Shown in pieces: positions 1 through 7,825 of a DNA stretch of 64,000 nucleotides. This DNA comes from Candidatus Adlerbacteria bacterium. GTDB lineage: Bacteria; Patescibacteriota; Minisyncoccia; Phycocordibacterales; SBAW01. Within the stretch, counting starts at the first letter, position 1; the number at the start of each line of letters is the position of its first letter. Both the position numbers and the translations under genes were made by a program. The stretch covers positions 1,446 to 65,445 of the forward strand of contig JARIGK010000001.1 of assembly GCA_029288895.1 (NCBI GenBank), in the 5' to 3' direction. Under the pieces are notes generated by a model, which was not told the origin of the DNA, ran no database searches, and worked only from the letters and a program-made list of their open reading frames with translations.

Positions 1-1
1 G

Positions 2-223
2 CAACTTGGCATCCTGCTGCCGCTCGATGGGAATGTTTCACTTACAATAACGGTGATACGGATCTGTGGCGATACGTATCGTCTAGACCTGGACAATTTG
101 CTCACCGGCGTTATGAGTAGCTTGGACGACAAGCCTTTTATGCCAAGCGCACCGCTCTTGCGGGACGATGAACAAATAACGTCGGTGCATCTGAACCTCG
201 AGACCATTACCGGCGGCGCTTAA
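2..223 (+). CDS. 3' end of a RusA-like Holliday junction resolvase family protein (partial, 5' end outside window)
   Basis: Frame from nt 2 reads ...GNVSLTITVIRICGDTYRLDLDNLLTGVMSSLDDKPFMPSAPLLRDDEQITSVHLNLETITGGA*. DLDN...DD-x-QI matches the RusA acidic motif. Not in ORF track. Confidence 0.6.
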   Translation, partial: QLGILLPLDGNVSLTITVIRICGDTYRLDLDNLLTGVMSSLDDKPFMPSAPLLRDDEQITSVHLNLETITGGA

Positions 224-243
224 TTGCGCCGCCTTTTCTTTTG
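212..243 (+). terminator. intrinsic terminator
   Basis: GGCGGCGC-ttaatt-GCGCCGCC hairpin (stop codon in the loop) followed by TTTTCTTTT. Confidence 0.75.
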
Positions 244-311
244 TTGAGTCTGCGACTTAAATCTGGTACTGTAGCCATTGTTCAATAGGGTCTAAAAACG
301 TTCTAAAACAT

Positions 312-387
312 GCGCGCGTAGCTCAGTTGGTAGAGCATTCGACTGATACTCGAAAGGTCCTAGGTTCGATCCCTAGCGCGCGCACCA
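312..387 (+). tRNA. tRNA-Ile(GAT)
   Basis: Cloverleaf: acceptor GCGCGCG/CGCGCGC, D arm GCTC/GAGC, anticodon arm TTCGA-CTGATAC-TCGAA, T arm CTAGG-TTCGATC-CCTAG, encoded ACCA. Confidence 0.93.
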
Positions 388-395
388 TAACCATT

Positions 396-827
396 ATGTC
401 CCTCGACGATCACCACAAACACTTTCTGGGTTATATAGCCCAGAAAGCGGTTATTGAGAAAGAGGGAAAAATTTTACTTGTTCAGTACCCGAATAATGGA
501 ACTCCTTTTGCTGGATATTGGGATTTGCCAGGTGGACGACTTAACGATTTTGAGACGGCGCTAGAAGGAGCTAAGCGGGAAGTGGAGGAAGAGATAGGGG
601 CCTCTGTAAACATCCATGAAGTTTTGGCCACAGGGGCCAATCGAGTTCGAGATGATTTCAAATTGTTTTATGTAATCTACCGAGCTTCCTTGGTTGATAC
701 AGAGCAGGGGCTTACGCCTGAAGTAGGAGAGATTGGCGCAATCGAATGGAAGGACAAGGCAGAATTCTTTAACACGCTTCCGTTGGTCTATAAAGGATAC
801 GCCGAAGCGCTCAAGGGCATAATCTAA
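396..827 (+). CDS. NUDIX hydrolase
   Basis: Nudix box WDLPGGRLNDFETALEGAKREVEEEIG. Start moved to ATG 396 because the tracked start overlaps the tRNA. Confidence 0.9.
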   Translation: MSLDDHHKHFLGYIAQKAVIEKEGKILLVQYPNNGTPFAGYWDLPGGRLNDFETALEGAKREVEEEIGASVNIHEVLATGANRVRDDFKLFYVIYRASLVDTEQGLTPEVGEIGAIEWKDKAEFFNTLPLVYKGYAEALKGII

Positions 828-896
828 ATTTTCGGTAGTGTGTAACCATAGCAGATTTTAGAAATATTTTATCTCCCGGAGAGTAGAGTAGGGTGT

Positions 897-1118
897 ATGT
901 ATAGCATTGCATCACCCTACTTTGTTTTGAACGACAAACCACAAAAGGAGAGTGAAAAGAAGGCGCGGCTCGAGCGGCAGTTTGCAGATTTGTACCATTT
1001 GTTTTTGCAGAAGGTTGCTTCGATGCCAGTGCAGAAAGCCGCCTCATACGAAGAAGAACAGCGCCTGTTGGCGCTGTTTTCCGAACTCCATGAATTGAAG
1101 CGCGAGCTTGAACGCTAG
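897..1118 (+). CDS. small helical hypothetical protein
   Basis: 73-aa ORF filling the gap, convergent with radC; no recognisable motif. Confidence 0.5.
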   Translation: MYSIASPYFVLNDKPQKESEKKARLERQFADLYHLFLQKVASMPVQKAASYEEEQRLLALFSELHELKRELER

Positions 1119-1119
1119 C

Positions 1120-1866
1120 TTACTGGTAGGTGACAGGGACGCTCGAGTAGCCGTCCTTGGTAACGATGATGTGGTCGAGTATTTCGATGCCCATAATTTT
1201 GCCCGACTGGACAAGCTGCTTGGTAAATTCGATATCAGCCAAACTTGCCTGCATATTGCCCGAGGGGTGATTGTGTGCGAGCACAATAGCAACGGCCGAA
1301 TATTCGAGCGCGGGGCGGAATACTTCGCGCGGGTGCACCAAGTTGGCATCGATAGTGCCTATAGAAATGGCCTCGTCGTGGATGAGGCGGTGGTGGCTGT
1401 TTAAGTACAGTCCGCGCAACTGTTCTTTGGGAAGCGTGCGCATATCGTGCAAATATTCGTACGCATCTTGTGCTTCTTTAATGATGGTGCTGCCGGCATT
1501 GGACGGTTTAAAGAAGCGCTTGCCAAGCTCGGCACACGCCGCAAGCTGCAGCGCTTTGTTAAGCGGAATGCCGAGCGCTTTGCTCATCGCGTCAGGGTTG
1601 ATATTGCCTGTGATGCTTTGTTCGCCATACTCGCGTAGCATGCGTTTACTCATTGCGAGGACGTCTTCTTTAGTACTGCCGCGGCCAAGCACGATGGCCA
1701 GAAGTTCGGCATTAGAAAGTGCGCCTGCGCCCAGTGACAAAAACTTCTCACGAGGCTTTTGTTCAGGCGGAAGGTCGCGAAGTTTGTAGACGTGTTTTTT
1801 ATAGGTGCCGTCGAGGATATCGACCAAGAGCTGGTGGGAATCTTTAATCAAGTAGGTCTCTTTCAT
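1120..1866 (-). CDS. radC: RadC family JAB-domain protein
   Basis: PREKFLSLGAGALSNAELLAIVLG N-terminus, VHPREVF and HNHPSG-x-S-x-AD JAB motif. Confidence 0.93.
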   Translation of the reverse strand: MKETYLIKDSHQLLVDILDGTYKKHVYKLRDLPPEQKPREKFLSLGAGALSNAELLAIVLGRGSTKEDVLAMSKRMLREYGEQSITGNINPDAMSKALGIPLNKALQLAACAELGKRFFKPSNAGSTIIKEAQDAYEYLHDMRTLPKEQLRGLYLNSHHRLIHDEAISIGTIDANLVHPREVFRPALEYSAVAIVLAHNHPSGNMQASLADIEFTKQLVQSGKIMGIEILDHIIVTKDGYSSVPVTYQ

Positions 1867-1878
1867 ACTGAAAGCCTA

Positions 1879-3807
1879 TCACGAAATGAGCGGCAAACGC
1901 ATCAGGAGGGTAGTGCTTTGCCCCCATACGCTGTCCGCCTCGAGGCTCCCGCCGTGGCGCTCGGCGATGTGCCGCGCTAAGGCGAGCCCCAGGCCGCTGC
2001 CGCTGATATGTTCCGAGCCCTTTGCTCGCCAGAAGCGGTCAAAGATGTGGGGGAGGTCTCCGGGCGCAATACCGATACCTGTGTCTGTAATGGTCAGGAG
2101 GGCCGTGCCGCCATCTTTGGCCAGAGAGACGCTGATGGTCCGTTCGCCATCATCGCGCATATATTTGATGGAATTGCTCAAGAGCCCCACGACCGCCTCG
2201 CGGAGTTTATTGGCGTCGCCTTTGACATGAACATCCGCGGCGAGTGTGCTCTCCAAACGAATGCCGCGATCGGCCGCAATAATGTCGACTTCTTCAAGCA
2301 GGTCGGATAGGAGCGCCGAAAAATCAACATTGATGTGCGGTTCTTCCGCGCTATTTTCCAAACGTGCGAGCCGCAAGAAGTCGTTGATGAAAACAGAGAG
2401 TTCGCTAATGGACACTTCGAGTGCGCGAATGCCAGGGTCCTCGGGCGTCGTGGCTTTGAGGGTCTCGAGCTTGGTTTGGAGCACCGTCAGCGGCGTCTGC
2501 AGGTTATGAGAAATATCGAGCATCAGATGACGTTGGTCTTCTTGCAGTTGTTTGAGTTCTTGCGTGCGTTGTTCGACCTTATCTTCGAGTTCTGCTGCGT
2601 GTTCTTTTACCTGTTCGTAGAGGGTTGCGCGTGCGAGTGCCGTGGATGCTTGGAGTGCAAATGTCTCGAGTAGATGTTTGTCTTGCACGGTATAGTCATC
2701 CCCCGAGCGTTTGGCACCCAAAAATATATTCCCTACAACCTGGTCTTCAGACATGATGGGGATCGAAAGGACAGCGCCCAGTGCCACTTCGCTCCCTTGT
2801 ACCATAGACACTTTTTCCGCGCGCAAAATGCGCGTCAAATGATGTTCGCACTGGTATATCAACTCATTGATGTCGATGCTCGCATACAAACATTCTGTCA
2901 GTGTGCGCAGTGCCTGTGCGTAGTCATAGGTATCTTTGAAAAATATAGTGTCTGTGATCTTGCGGAACTGTTTCTCAAGGCGCGGGACTGTCAGAATGCC
3001 GATGAGTGTAGTTGCAACGGCGCTCGAAAACATACGGTCCGGGTCATCTTGGAAGAACATCGCAAGCATGCTTAATATCACTGAGTAGGAAGACACTACG
3101 AGTGCCAAGAGGGCGCTGTAGATAAGGCCGCGCTGGATGACGACGCGGATGTCGAGTAGTTGGTGGCGCACAATGGCGTATGCCGCTGCGGTTGCCATCA
3201 CGATTGCTGCAGAGGGTCCAAGCAAGATATACGAGAAGATGCCGAACGCGGGCAGAAGCGCATCGCCCAGCGCCGTGGCTGCGGCGCTTACGCCAACACC
3301 AAGCAACAGGTACGACAGCTGTGTGCGTTCGCGGCCCTGCGCGCGGAGATAATGGCGGACAAAAAGTGCCAAGCTTACACAGAGATACACGACAGTGGCA
3401 GTGGCGAAGACCCATACATACGGGCCATTGATTGGATGCCACGCACCATCTCTGCCGCGCTCCATGCTTTTGATGTAGGCGCCCGTGGAGCTAAATGCAA
3501 TAACGGCAAGTAATGGGAGCGAGCCCAGCAGTGCATAGCGCGGCAACTCTTTGCGGTCAGGGTAGACGCTCGAAAAAAGAAAGAGGCCGCCAAAGATAGG
3601 GAAGTCGCAATAGACAACAAATTGGCTATACCAAAAATTGCCCGTCAAAAGGAGTAACGATAGTAGTATCGACCACGCACCAAGCCCCCAAATAAAAAAG
3701 CAGAACAATTGGTTACTGCGACGTGTGGGCCCGTGCACAAGGACGAACAGTCCAATGCACACAAGCACGACCCCGACAACAATCTGTGCGTAATAAGCGT
3801 CCTGCAT
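1879..3807 (-). CDS. sensor histidine kinase: N-terminal multi-TM (HisKA_7TM-like) region, GAF-like domain, HisKA, HATPase
   Basis: About 9 hydrophobic segments, AYAIVRHQLLDI, LGAKRSGDDYTVQD (GAF-like), H box SHNLQTPLT, N box NSIKY, DTGIGI, GSGLGL. Start MQDAYY at 3807 preferred because the longer start lies in a terminator hairpin. Confidence 0.92.
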   Translation of the reverse strand: MQDAYYAQIVVGVVLVCIGLFVLVHGPTRRSNQLFCFFIWGLGAWSILLSLLLLTGNFWYSQFVVYCDFPIFGGLFLFSSVYPDRKELPRYALLGSLPLLAVIAFSSTGAYIKSMERGRDGAWHPINGPYVWVFATATVVYLCVSLALFVRHYLRAQGRERTQLSYLLLGVGVSAAATALGDALLPAFGIFSYILLGPSAAIVMATAAAYAIVRHQLLDIRVVIQRGLIYSALLALVVSSYSVILSMLAMFFQDDPDRMFSSAVATTLIGILTVPRLEKQFRKITDTIFFKDTYDYAQALRTLTECLYASIDINELIYQCEHHLTRILRAEKVSMVQGSEVALGAVLSIPIMSEDQVVGNIFLGAKRSGDDYTVQDKHLLETFALQASTALARATLYEQVKEHAAELEDKVEQRTQELKQLQEDQRHLMLDISHNLQTPLTVLQTKLETLKATTPEDPGIRALEVSISELSVFINDFLRLARLENSAEEPHINVDFSALLSDLLEEVDIIAADRGIRLESTLAADVHVKGDANKLREAVVGLLSNSIKYMRDDGERTISVSLAKDGGTALLTITDTGIGIAPGDLPHIFDRFWRAKGSEHISGSGLGLALARHIAERHGGSLEADSVWGQSTTLLMRLPLIS

Positions 3808-3828
3808 GGCGGTCCTACCCATTGTCTC

Positions 3829-3859
3829 AAGAAAAAGGGCCCGCACAATGGCGGGCCCT
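3829..3859 (-). terminator. intrinsic terminator after the ThiF/acyltransferase pair
   Basis: AGGGCCCGC-6nt-GCGGGCCCT stem followed by TTTTCTT on the minus strand. Confidence 0.7.
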
Positions 3860-3868
3860 CGAGAGAGC

Positions 3869-4456
3869 TTAAACGGGGCGGAACGTGTCGCACCGCATCC
3901 GGAAGAGGCACGGTGGCGGGTCGGACTGGTAGTATCGGCGCCCGGCTAGAGGTACTTTGCTCAGGTCAGGGAGCGAAGCAGCATTCTCTTCGAGAATGAT
4001 GCCAAGCTCGCGAAGTCGCTTAAAGGTGTACGGCCTCCCTTCGCTGATAAGCCACTCGATGCCTTGTGCCGCAGCAAAACGGCACGCCTCATGGAGTACC
4101 CGCAGCGACACAGAAGACTTTTGTTTGGATGAAAACCACCGTCCTGCTTGGGGATGGATACTTCGGCGATAGGTGATATCGCAGAAGAGTGCGGACACCG
4201 CGTCGTATCCGTACACTTCCTCAAGTGGATGCGGAGTGTGGTCATCGCGGAACTCGATATACATCGAGCCGACCACAACTTCGTCCTGCCATGCGCCAAA
4301 GAGGAACCCGCGCGGTGAGCACGGAGGAGCTTCGCACCCATGCGTGTTGTACGCATGGGTGCGGATGAAGGCATCGATCGCATCCCACTGGCCGGGCGTC
4401 CGAGCCAGGCGAGTTTCGATGCGTTCATCCGTGGGTAGGGCGGCACTCACCACCAC
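3869..4456 (-). CDS. GNAT-fold acyltransferase of thermostable-hemolysin / FeeM / AHL-synthase-like type
   Basis: Pattern AFIR..AY..HG, FLFGAW...VVGSM, PHPLEEVY, AGRW, GIEWLISE, LRELGI, RRYY...P resembles T_hemolysin and N-acyl amino acid synthase families. Overlaps the ThiF stop by 10 nt. Confidence 0.6.
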   Translation of the reverse strand: MVVSAALPTDERIETRLARTPGQWDAIDAFIRTHAYNTHGCEAPPCSPRGFLFGAWQDEVVVGSMYIEFRDDHTPHPLEEVYGYDAVSALFCDITYRRSIHPQAGRWFSSKQKSSVSLRVLHEACRFAAAQGIEWLISEGRPYTFKRLRELGIILEENAASLPDLSKVPLAGRRYYQSDPPPCLFRMRCDTFRPV

Positions 4457-5445
4457 ACCCCGGTGTGTGAGGTGGCCTTCATGTGCACCGCATCGAATGC
4501 CAAATATCCAGGCATCGAAGGGAGAGGCTCAAACATACGCGCACGCGCTGAGCGGGCGTACACGAGTTCAGTTATGATGCGATTGGCCATAAAGCCCGTC
4601 GCCATGGGAGGGTTCGACGCGATAATGCTCGCGCGGCCTTCACGGGTGAGGCGCTCCATAAAGGCATCCTTGGTGCTATAGGTACCGCCAGGGACCCCAT
4701 ATTCGGGTAGTGTGGGCACGAATGCCCGAAGGATGACTTCGATGATGTGGTCGCGGGTGGCCTGTTGCTCTGCCTCCGTACCCGCGCGGGTACGGATTGC
4801 ATGCTCGAGCTGCGTGGCTTTTTCATAGTTAAAGCCGAGCACTTCTTCAAGTGTCATGCTGTCGTGCGTGAACTTGAAGCAGAAGGTCGAGTGCCCAACC
4901 GTGTCGCAATTGAGTAGCGGGATCCGTTGCTCGCGGGCGCGAATGTGCAGCAGTACCCGTGCGCCGATCGAGAAGAACTCGATCTCGTCGGACACGAGGT
5001 CACATCCGTAGAGAAAATGCTCGACGGTGTCCTCGGTGATTCCTTGTGGATAGATCACTAAAGGAACATCATCCGAAATGGCGCGGATCATCCGGGCTGT
5101 TTCGAGCGCCTTAGACTTGCCGACGGTCGTACGGCCAGCGCCAAACTGCCGATTGATGTTCGACGTATCGAACTCTTCGCAATCGGCGATACGCACTTCG
5201 CCTACGCCTGCACGCACAAGCGTTGCAGCAATAAGTCCGCCCATACCGCCGCAGCCAGCAACGCCGACGACGGAGGTGTGCAGCATCTGCTGTTCGTCCG
5301 GTGCGAGCCATCCAATGTTGCGGTCGGTGCGTTCGCGGTAGTAGGCATCGCTCGCGTTCGTTGGCACAAGCCGGTAGATAACCCCAGGCTCTGCATGGTC
5401 GGGCACGTCAGTGCAGGTGACTATGCGCACACTTCGTTCACTCAT
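4447..5445 (-). CDS. ThiF/MoeB family adenylyltransferase (RNIGW subtype)
   Basis: RNIGW...EQQML, VAGCGGMGG, IADCEEFDTSNINRQ, GKSKA; lacks the MoeB CxxC zinc motifs; SD AGGAG upstream. Confidence 0.9.
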   Translation of the reverse strand: MSERSVRIVTCTDVPDHAEPGVIYRLVPTNASDAYYRERTDRNIGWLAPDEQQMLHTSVVGVAGCGGMGGLIAATLVRAGVGEVRIADCEEFDTSNINRQFGAGRTTVGKSKALETARMIRAISDDVPLVIYPQGITEDTVEHFLYGCDLVSDEIEFFSIGARVLLHIRAREQRIPLLNCDTVGHSTFCFKFTHDSMTLEEVLGFNYEKATQLEHAIRTRAGTEAEQQATRDHIIEVILRAFVPTLPEYGVPGGTYSTKDAFMERLTREGRASIIASNPPMATGFMANRIITELVYARSARARMFEPLPSMPGYLAFDAVHMKATSHTGVWW

Positions 5446-5534
5446 TGTGTACTCCTATGTAGAGGTGCTTTCAAAGGACGGAATCGTCCACCTCAAATCG
5501 TAAGAAAAAAGCGATAAAATCGGCCCAAGGTTTT

Positions 5535-5567
5535 TGTCAAAACTTTAAGTATTTTTTATAAATACTT
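5535..5567 (-). promoter_or_regulatory. putative ThiF promoter -35 with upstream operator-like palindrome
   Basis: TTGACA on minus strand (5535-5540); inverted repeat AAGTATTT-n5-AAATACTT at 5547-5567; -10 weak. Confidence 0.4.
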
Positions 5568-5596
5568 TATAACTTTTATATCAAATGTTGTTCCGA

Positions 5597-6265
5597 TTAA
5601 ACCCCTATTTTGTAGCCGCGAGAGGGAACAGTTTGGATGATACGGCTCTTGCCCGAGTCGCCAATTTTCTTACGAAGCGATAGCATGTGCGACTCAATCG
5701 TATTGGAAAAGATGTCTGTGTTCATGTCCCAGACGTGCTCCAAGATCATGCCACGCGACAGCACGGTGCCTTCGTTTTGCATCAAATAATGCAGGAGCAT
5801 AAATTCTTTGCGCGTCAGGTAAATATCTTTTTTGCCGCGGCGCACCGTATATTTTTTTGCATCAAGCACGAGGTCACCGATCGTAAACATATCGCTTTCG
5901 ATTGGTTTGGGTCGGCGCAGCAGTGCGCGGACGCGCGCCAAAAGTTCGCTTAATACAAAGGGTTTTGTAAGGTAGTCGTCGGCGCCGGTATTTAAAAGGT
6001 CGACCTTTTTCAGTGCTTCGTTTGTCACCGACAATATTAAGATAGGTGTGGTGATGCCGCTCGTACGCACCTCGCGCAAGACCTCGATGCCTTCTTTTTT
6101 TGGCAACAGGTTGTCCAAAATAATGAGGTCGTACTCGTTGATGTGCGCCAGGTGGCTGCCTTGCTCGCCATCCTCTGCGACATCAACGGCAAAGTATTCT
6201 GCCTCGAGCGATTGCTTTATGAAATTCGCGATCTTTGGTTCGTCCTCGACCAGAAGTATCCTCAT
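5597..6265 (-). CDS. OmpR/PhoB family response regulator
   Basis: MRILLVEDE, DLIILD, GADDYLTKPF receiver; LTRKEF...IQTVPSRGY winged helix. Confidence 0.95.
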   Translation of the reverse strand: MRILLVEDEPKIANFIKQSLEAEYFAVDVAEDGEQGSHLAHINEYDLIILDNLLPKKEGIEVLREVRTSGITTPILILSVTNEALKKVDLLNTGADDYLTKPFVLSELLARVRALLRRPKPIESDMFTIGDLVLDAKKYTVRRGKKDIYLTRKEFMLLHYLMQNEGTVLSRGMILEHVWDMNTDIFSNTIESHMLSLRKKIGDSGKSRIIQTVPSRGYKIGV

Positions 6266-6329
6266 AAATTTATCGTTTTATTATCGCGGGCCTATGCCCA
6301 TCTTAGCACCGGCTCCCTATACTTTTTGT

Positions 6330-6461
6330 ATGGAACAAATACAGGACTACCGGTGTGCGTGCGGCAAATTACTCTGTAAGGGGGCACTTTTGGCAGGGCG
6401 TATCGAGATCAAATGCCGCCGGTGTGGCGAAATCGCTTCTCTACAGGTACGTTTGTTATAG
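6330..6461 (+). CDS. Com-like (phage Mu Com) zinc-ribbon protein, 43 aa
   Basis: MEQIQDYRCACGKLLCKGALLAGRIEIKCRRCGEI: RC-x-CGKLL...IEIKC-x-RC signature; TATACT 6 nt upstream of ATG. Confidence 0.75.
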   Translation: MEQIQDYRCACGKLLCKGALLAGRIEIKCRRCGEIASLQVRLL

Positions 6462-6468
6462 TGCGCGG

Positions 6469-7137
6469 ATGGACCGATGGGATGTTACTCCAAAAGAAGC
6501 GGTAGCGTTGCAGAAAACGCTTCGCTCGCAGGTGCAGCTTGTGCCCCTCAAAAAGAAACCAGCACTCATCGGTGGATGCGACGTGAGCATGAATAGATTC
6601 GCAAAGAACGGCTTTGCAGGGTTTGTGGTGCTTGACGCAGAGACGCTGCGGATGGTTGACCATGCTGTTATAGAAGACACCATTCCGTTTCCCTATATTC
6701 CAGGGTTACTTTCTTTTCGTGAGATCCCGATGCTTCTCAAAGCCTGGGAGAAACTCAAAACAAAACCTGATGTGATTGTGGTCGATGGTGTTGGTATTGC
6801 GCACCCGCGGCGGATGGGGATTGCAACGCATTTGGGATTGGTTTTGAATATTCCAACTATTGGCTGTGCCAAGAGCGTGCTGACAGGGGTGTACGATGAG
6901 CCGGGGGATGAGTTTGGTTCAGTCTCATATATGCATGACCCGAAGACAGACGAAGTGATTGGTGCTGCGCTGCGCACCAAAGTTGGAGTAACGCCCGTCT
7001 ACATTTCGGCTGGCAACGGAATCACTCTCGAAGAGTCGATCGGCATAGTACAACGATGCGTCATTAAGCACCGTCTGCCCGAACCGACGCGCCTGGCCCA
7101 CAATACGGTGAACGAATTTCGTCTTGCATCGCACTAA
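6469..7137 (+). CDS. nfi: endonuclease V (deoxyinosine 3' endonuclease)
   Basis: GGCDVS, FPYIPGLLSFRE, VDGVGIAHPRRMGIATHLG, PTIGCAKS, RLPEPTRLAH. Confidence 0.95.
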   Translation: MDRWDVTPKEAVALQKTLRSQVQLVPLKKKPALIGGCDVSMNRFAKNGFAGFVVLDAETLRMVDHAVIEDTIPFPYIPGLLSFREIPMLLKAWEKLKTKPDVIVVDGVGIAHPRRMGIATHLGLVLNIPTIGCAKSVLTGVYDEPGDEFGSVSYMHDPKTDEVIGAALRTKVGVTPVYISAGNGITLEESIGIVQRCVIKHRLPEPTRLAHNTVNEFRLASH

Positions 7138-7199
7138 TGCGTTTTGTATTCTGTACACGAATCAGTTGTTTTTATTTTGCTACCAGAAGGAGGTAGAGG

Positions 7200-7565
7200 A
7201 TGGGGAAGCCACACGAGATTCGTATTGCTGACGCCAAAAAAATAAAGCCGTCTGTGCGTGTACGTGAACCCGGACCGGCGGTTGATGAGAGCGAGTGCAA
7301 GCCGAAGATCTGGTTTGCCCCAAAGTCGCTCGTGCCACCCGCAGGCTGGGAACTCGGAAAAGTTATTGAAAATTTCCGGCCGGAGTACACCTACGGCTTC
7401 GTTGCTGTCGGGCGAAGGAGTGTCTACATCTCAAAATCTCTTTTTGATAGATGCCCTGGCTTTAAAGCCGGTGCTCAGGTTTTTGTGGAGATACAAGAAG
7501 GCTGCAATGGAGAGCGCCCACGAGTAAAGAATATATTGCTGGCAGTTTCTAAGCCGGCGACATAA
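7200..7565 (+). CDS. protein with C-terminal cold-shock-like OB fold
   Basis: GKVIENFRPEYTYGFV...VYISKS...FKAGAQVFVEIQEG...RVKNI resembles CSD RNP1/RNP2 layout; strong SD GAAGGAGG. Confidence 0.55.
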   Translation: MGKPHEIRIADAKKIKPSVRVREPGPAVDESECKPKIWFAPKSLVPPAGWELGKVIENFRPEYTYGFVAVGRRSVYISKSLFDRCPGFKAGAQVFVEIQEGCNGERPRVKNILLAVSKPAT

Positions 7566-7570
7566 AGAAA

Positions 7571-7598
7571 AAGGGAGAAACTCTCCCTTATTTTTTTA
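7571..7598 (+). terminator. intrinsic terminator
   Basis: AAGGGAGA-aac-TCTCCCTT followed by a T tract. Confidence 0.7.
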
Positions 7599-7640
7599 TG
7601 TAAAGTACGGTATAAAAGAGAACACGTTCGTGCATTGTGT

Positions 7641-7723
7641 GGGCATGTGGCGGAATTTGGTATACGCGTACGTCTCAGAAGCGTATCCCGTAAGGGTTGG
7701 GAGTTCGAGTCTCCCCATGCCCA
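7641..7723 (+). tRNA. tRNA-Leu(CAG)
   Basis: Acceptor GGGCATG/CATGCCC, anticodon arm TACGT-CTCAGAA-GCGTA, long variable arm, T arm GGGAG-TTCGAGT-CTCCC; CCA not encoded. Confidence 0.93.
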
Positions 7724-7825
7724 CAGAGCGCAGGAACCTGAAGAAATCTTCATAAAACATTCATCTGCTCTGCTATAGTTTTAATGGCGAGGAATAGCCT
7801 CGTATTTAAAAACTATTCTATTTGT

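Noticed and set aside
327-395. N-terminal extension of the NUDIX ORF in the track
   Set aside because: It overlaps the tRNA-Ile gene; ATG 396 is the plausible start.
312-7723. Integrated element between tRNA-Ile and tRNA-Leu (radC, RusA-like and Com-like genes are often mobile)
   Set aside because: No integrase and no duplicated tRNA 3' end seen, and nfi lies inside; cannot be supported.
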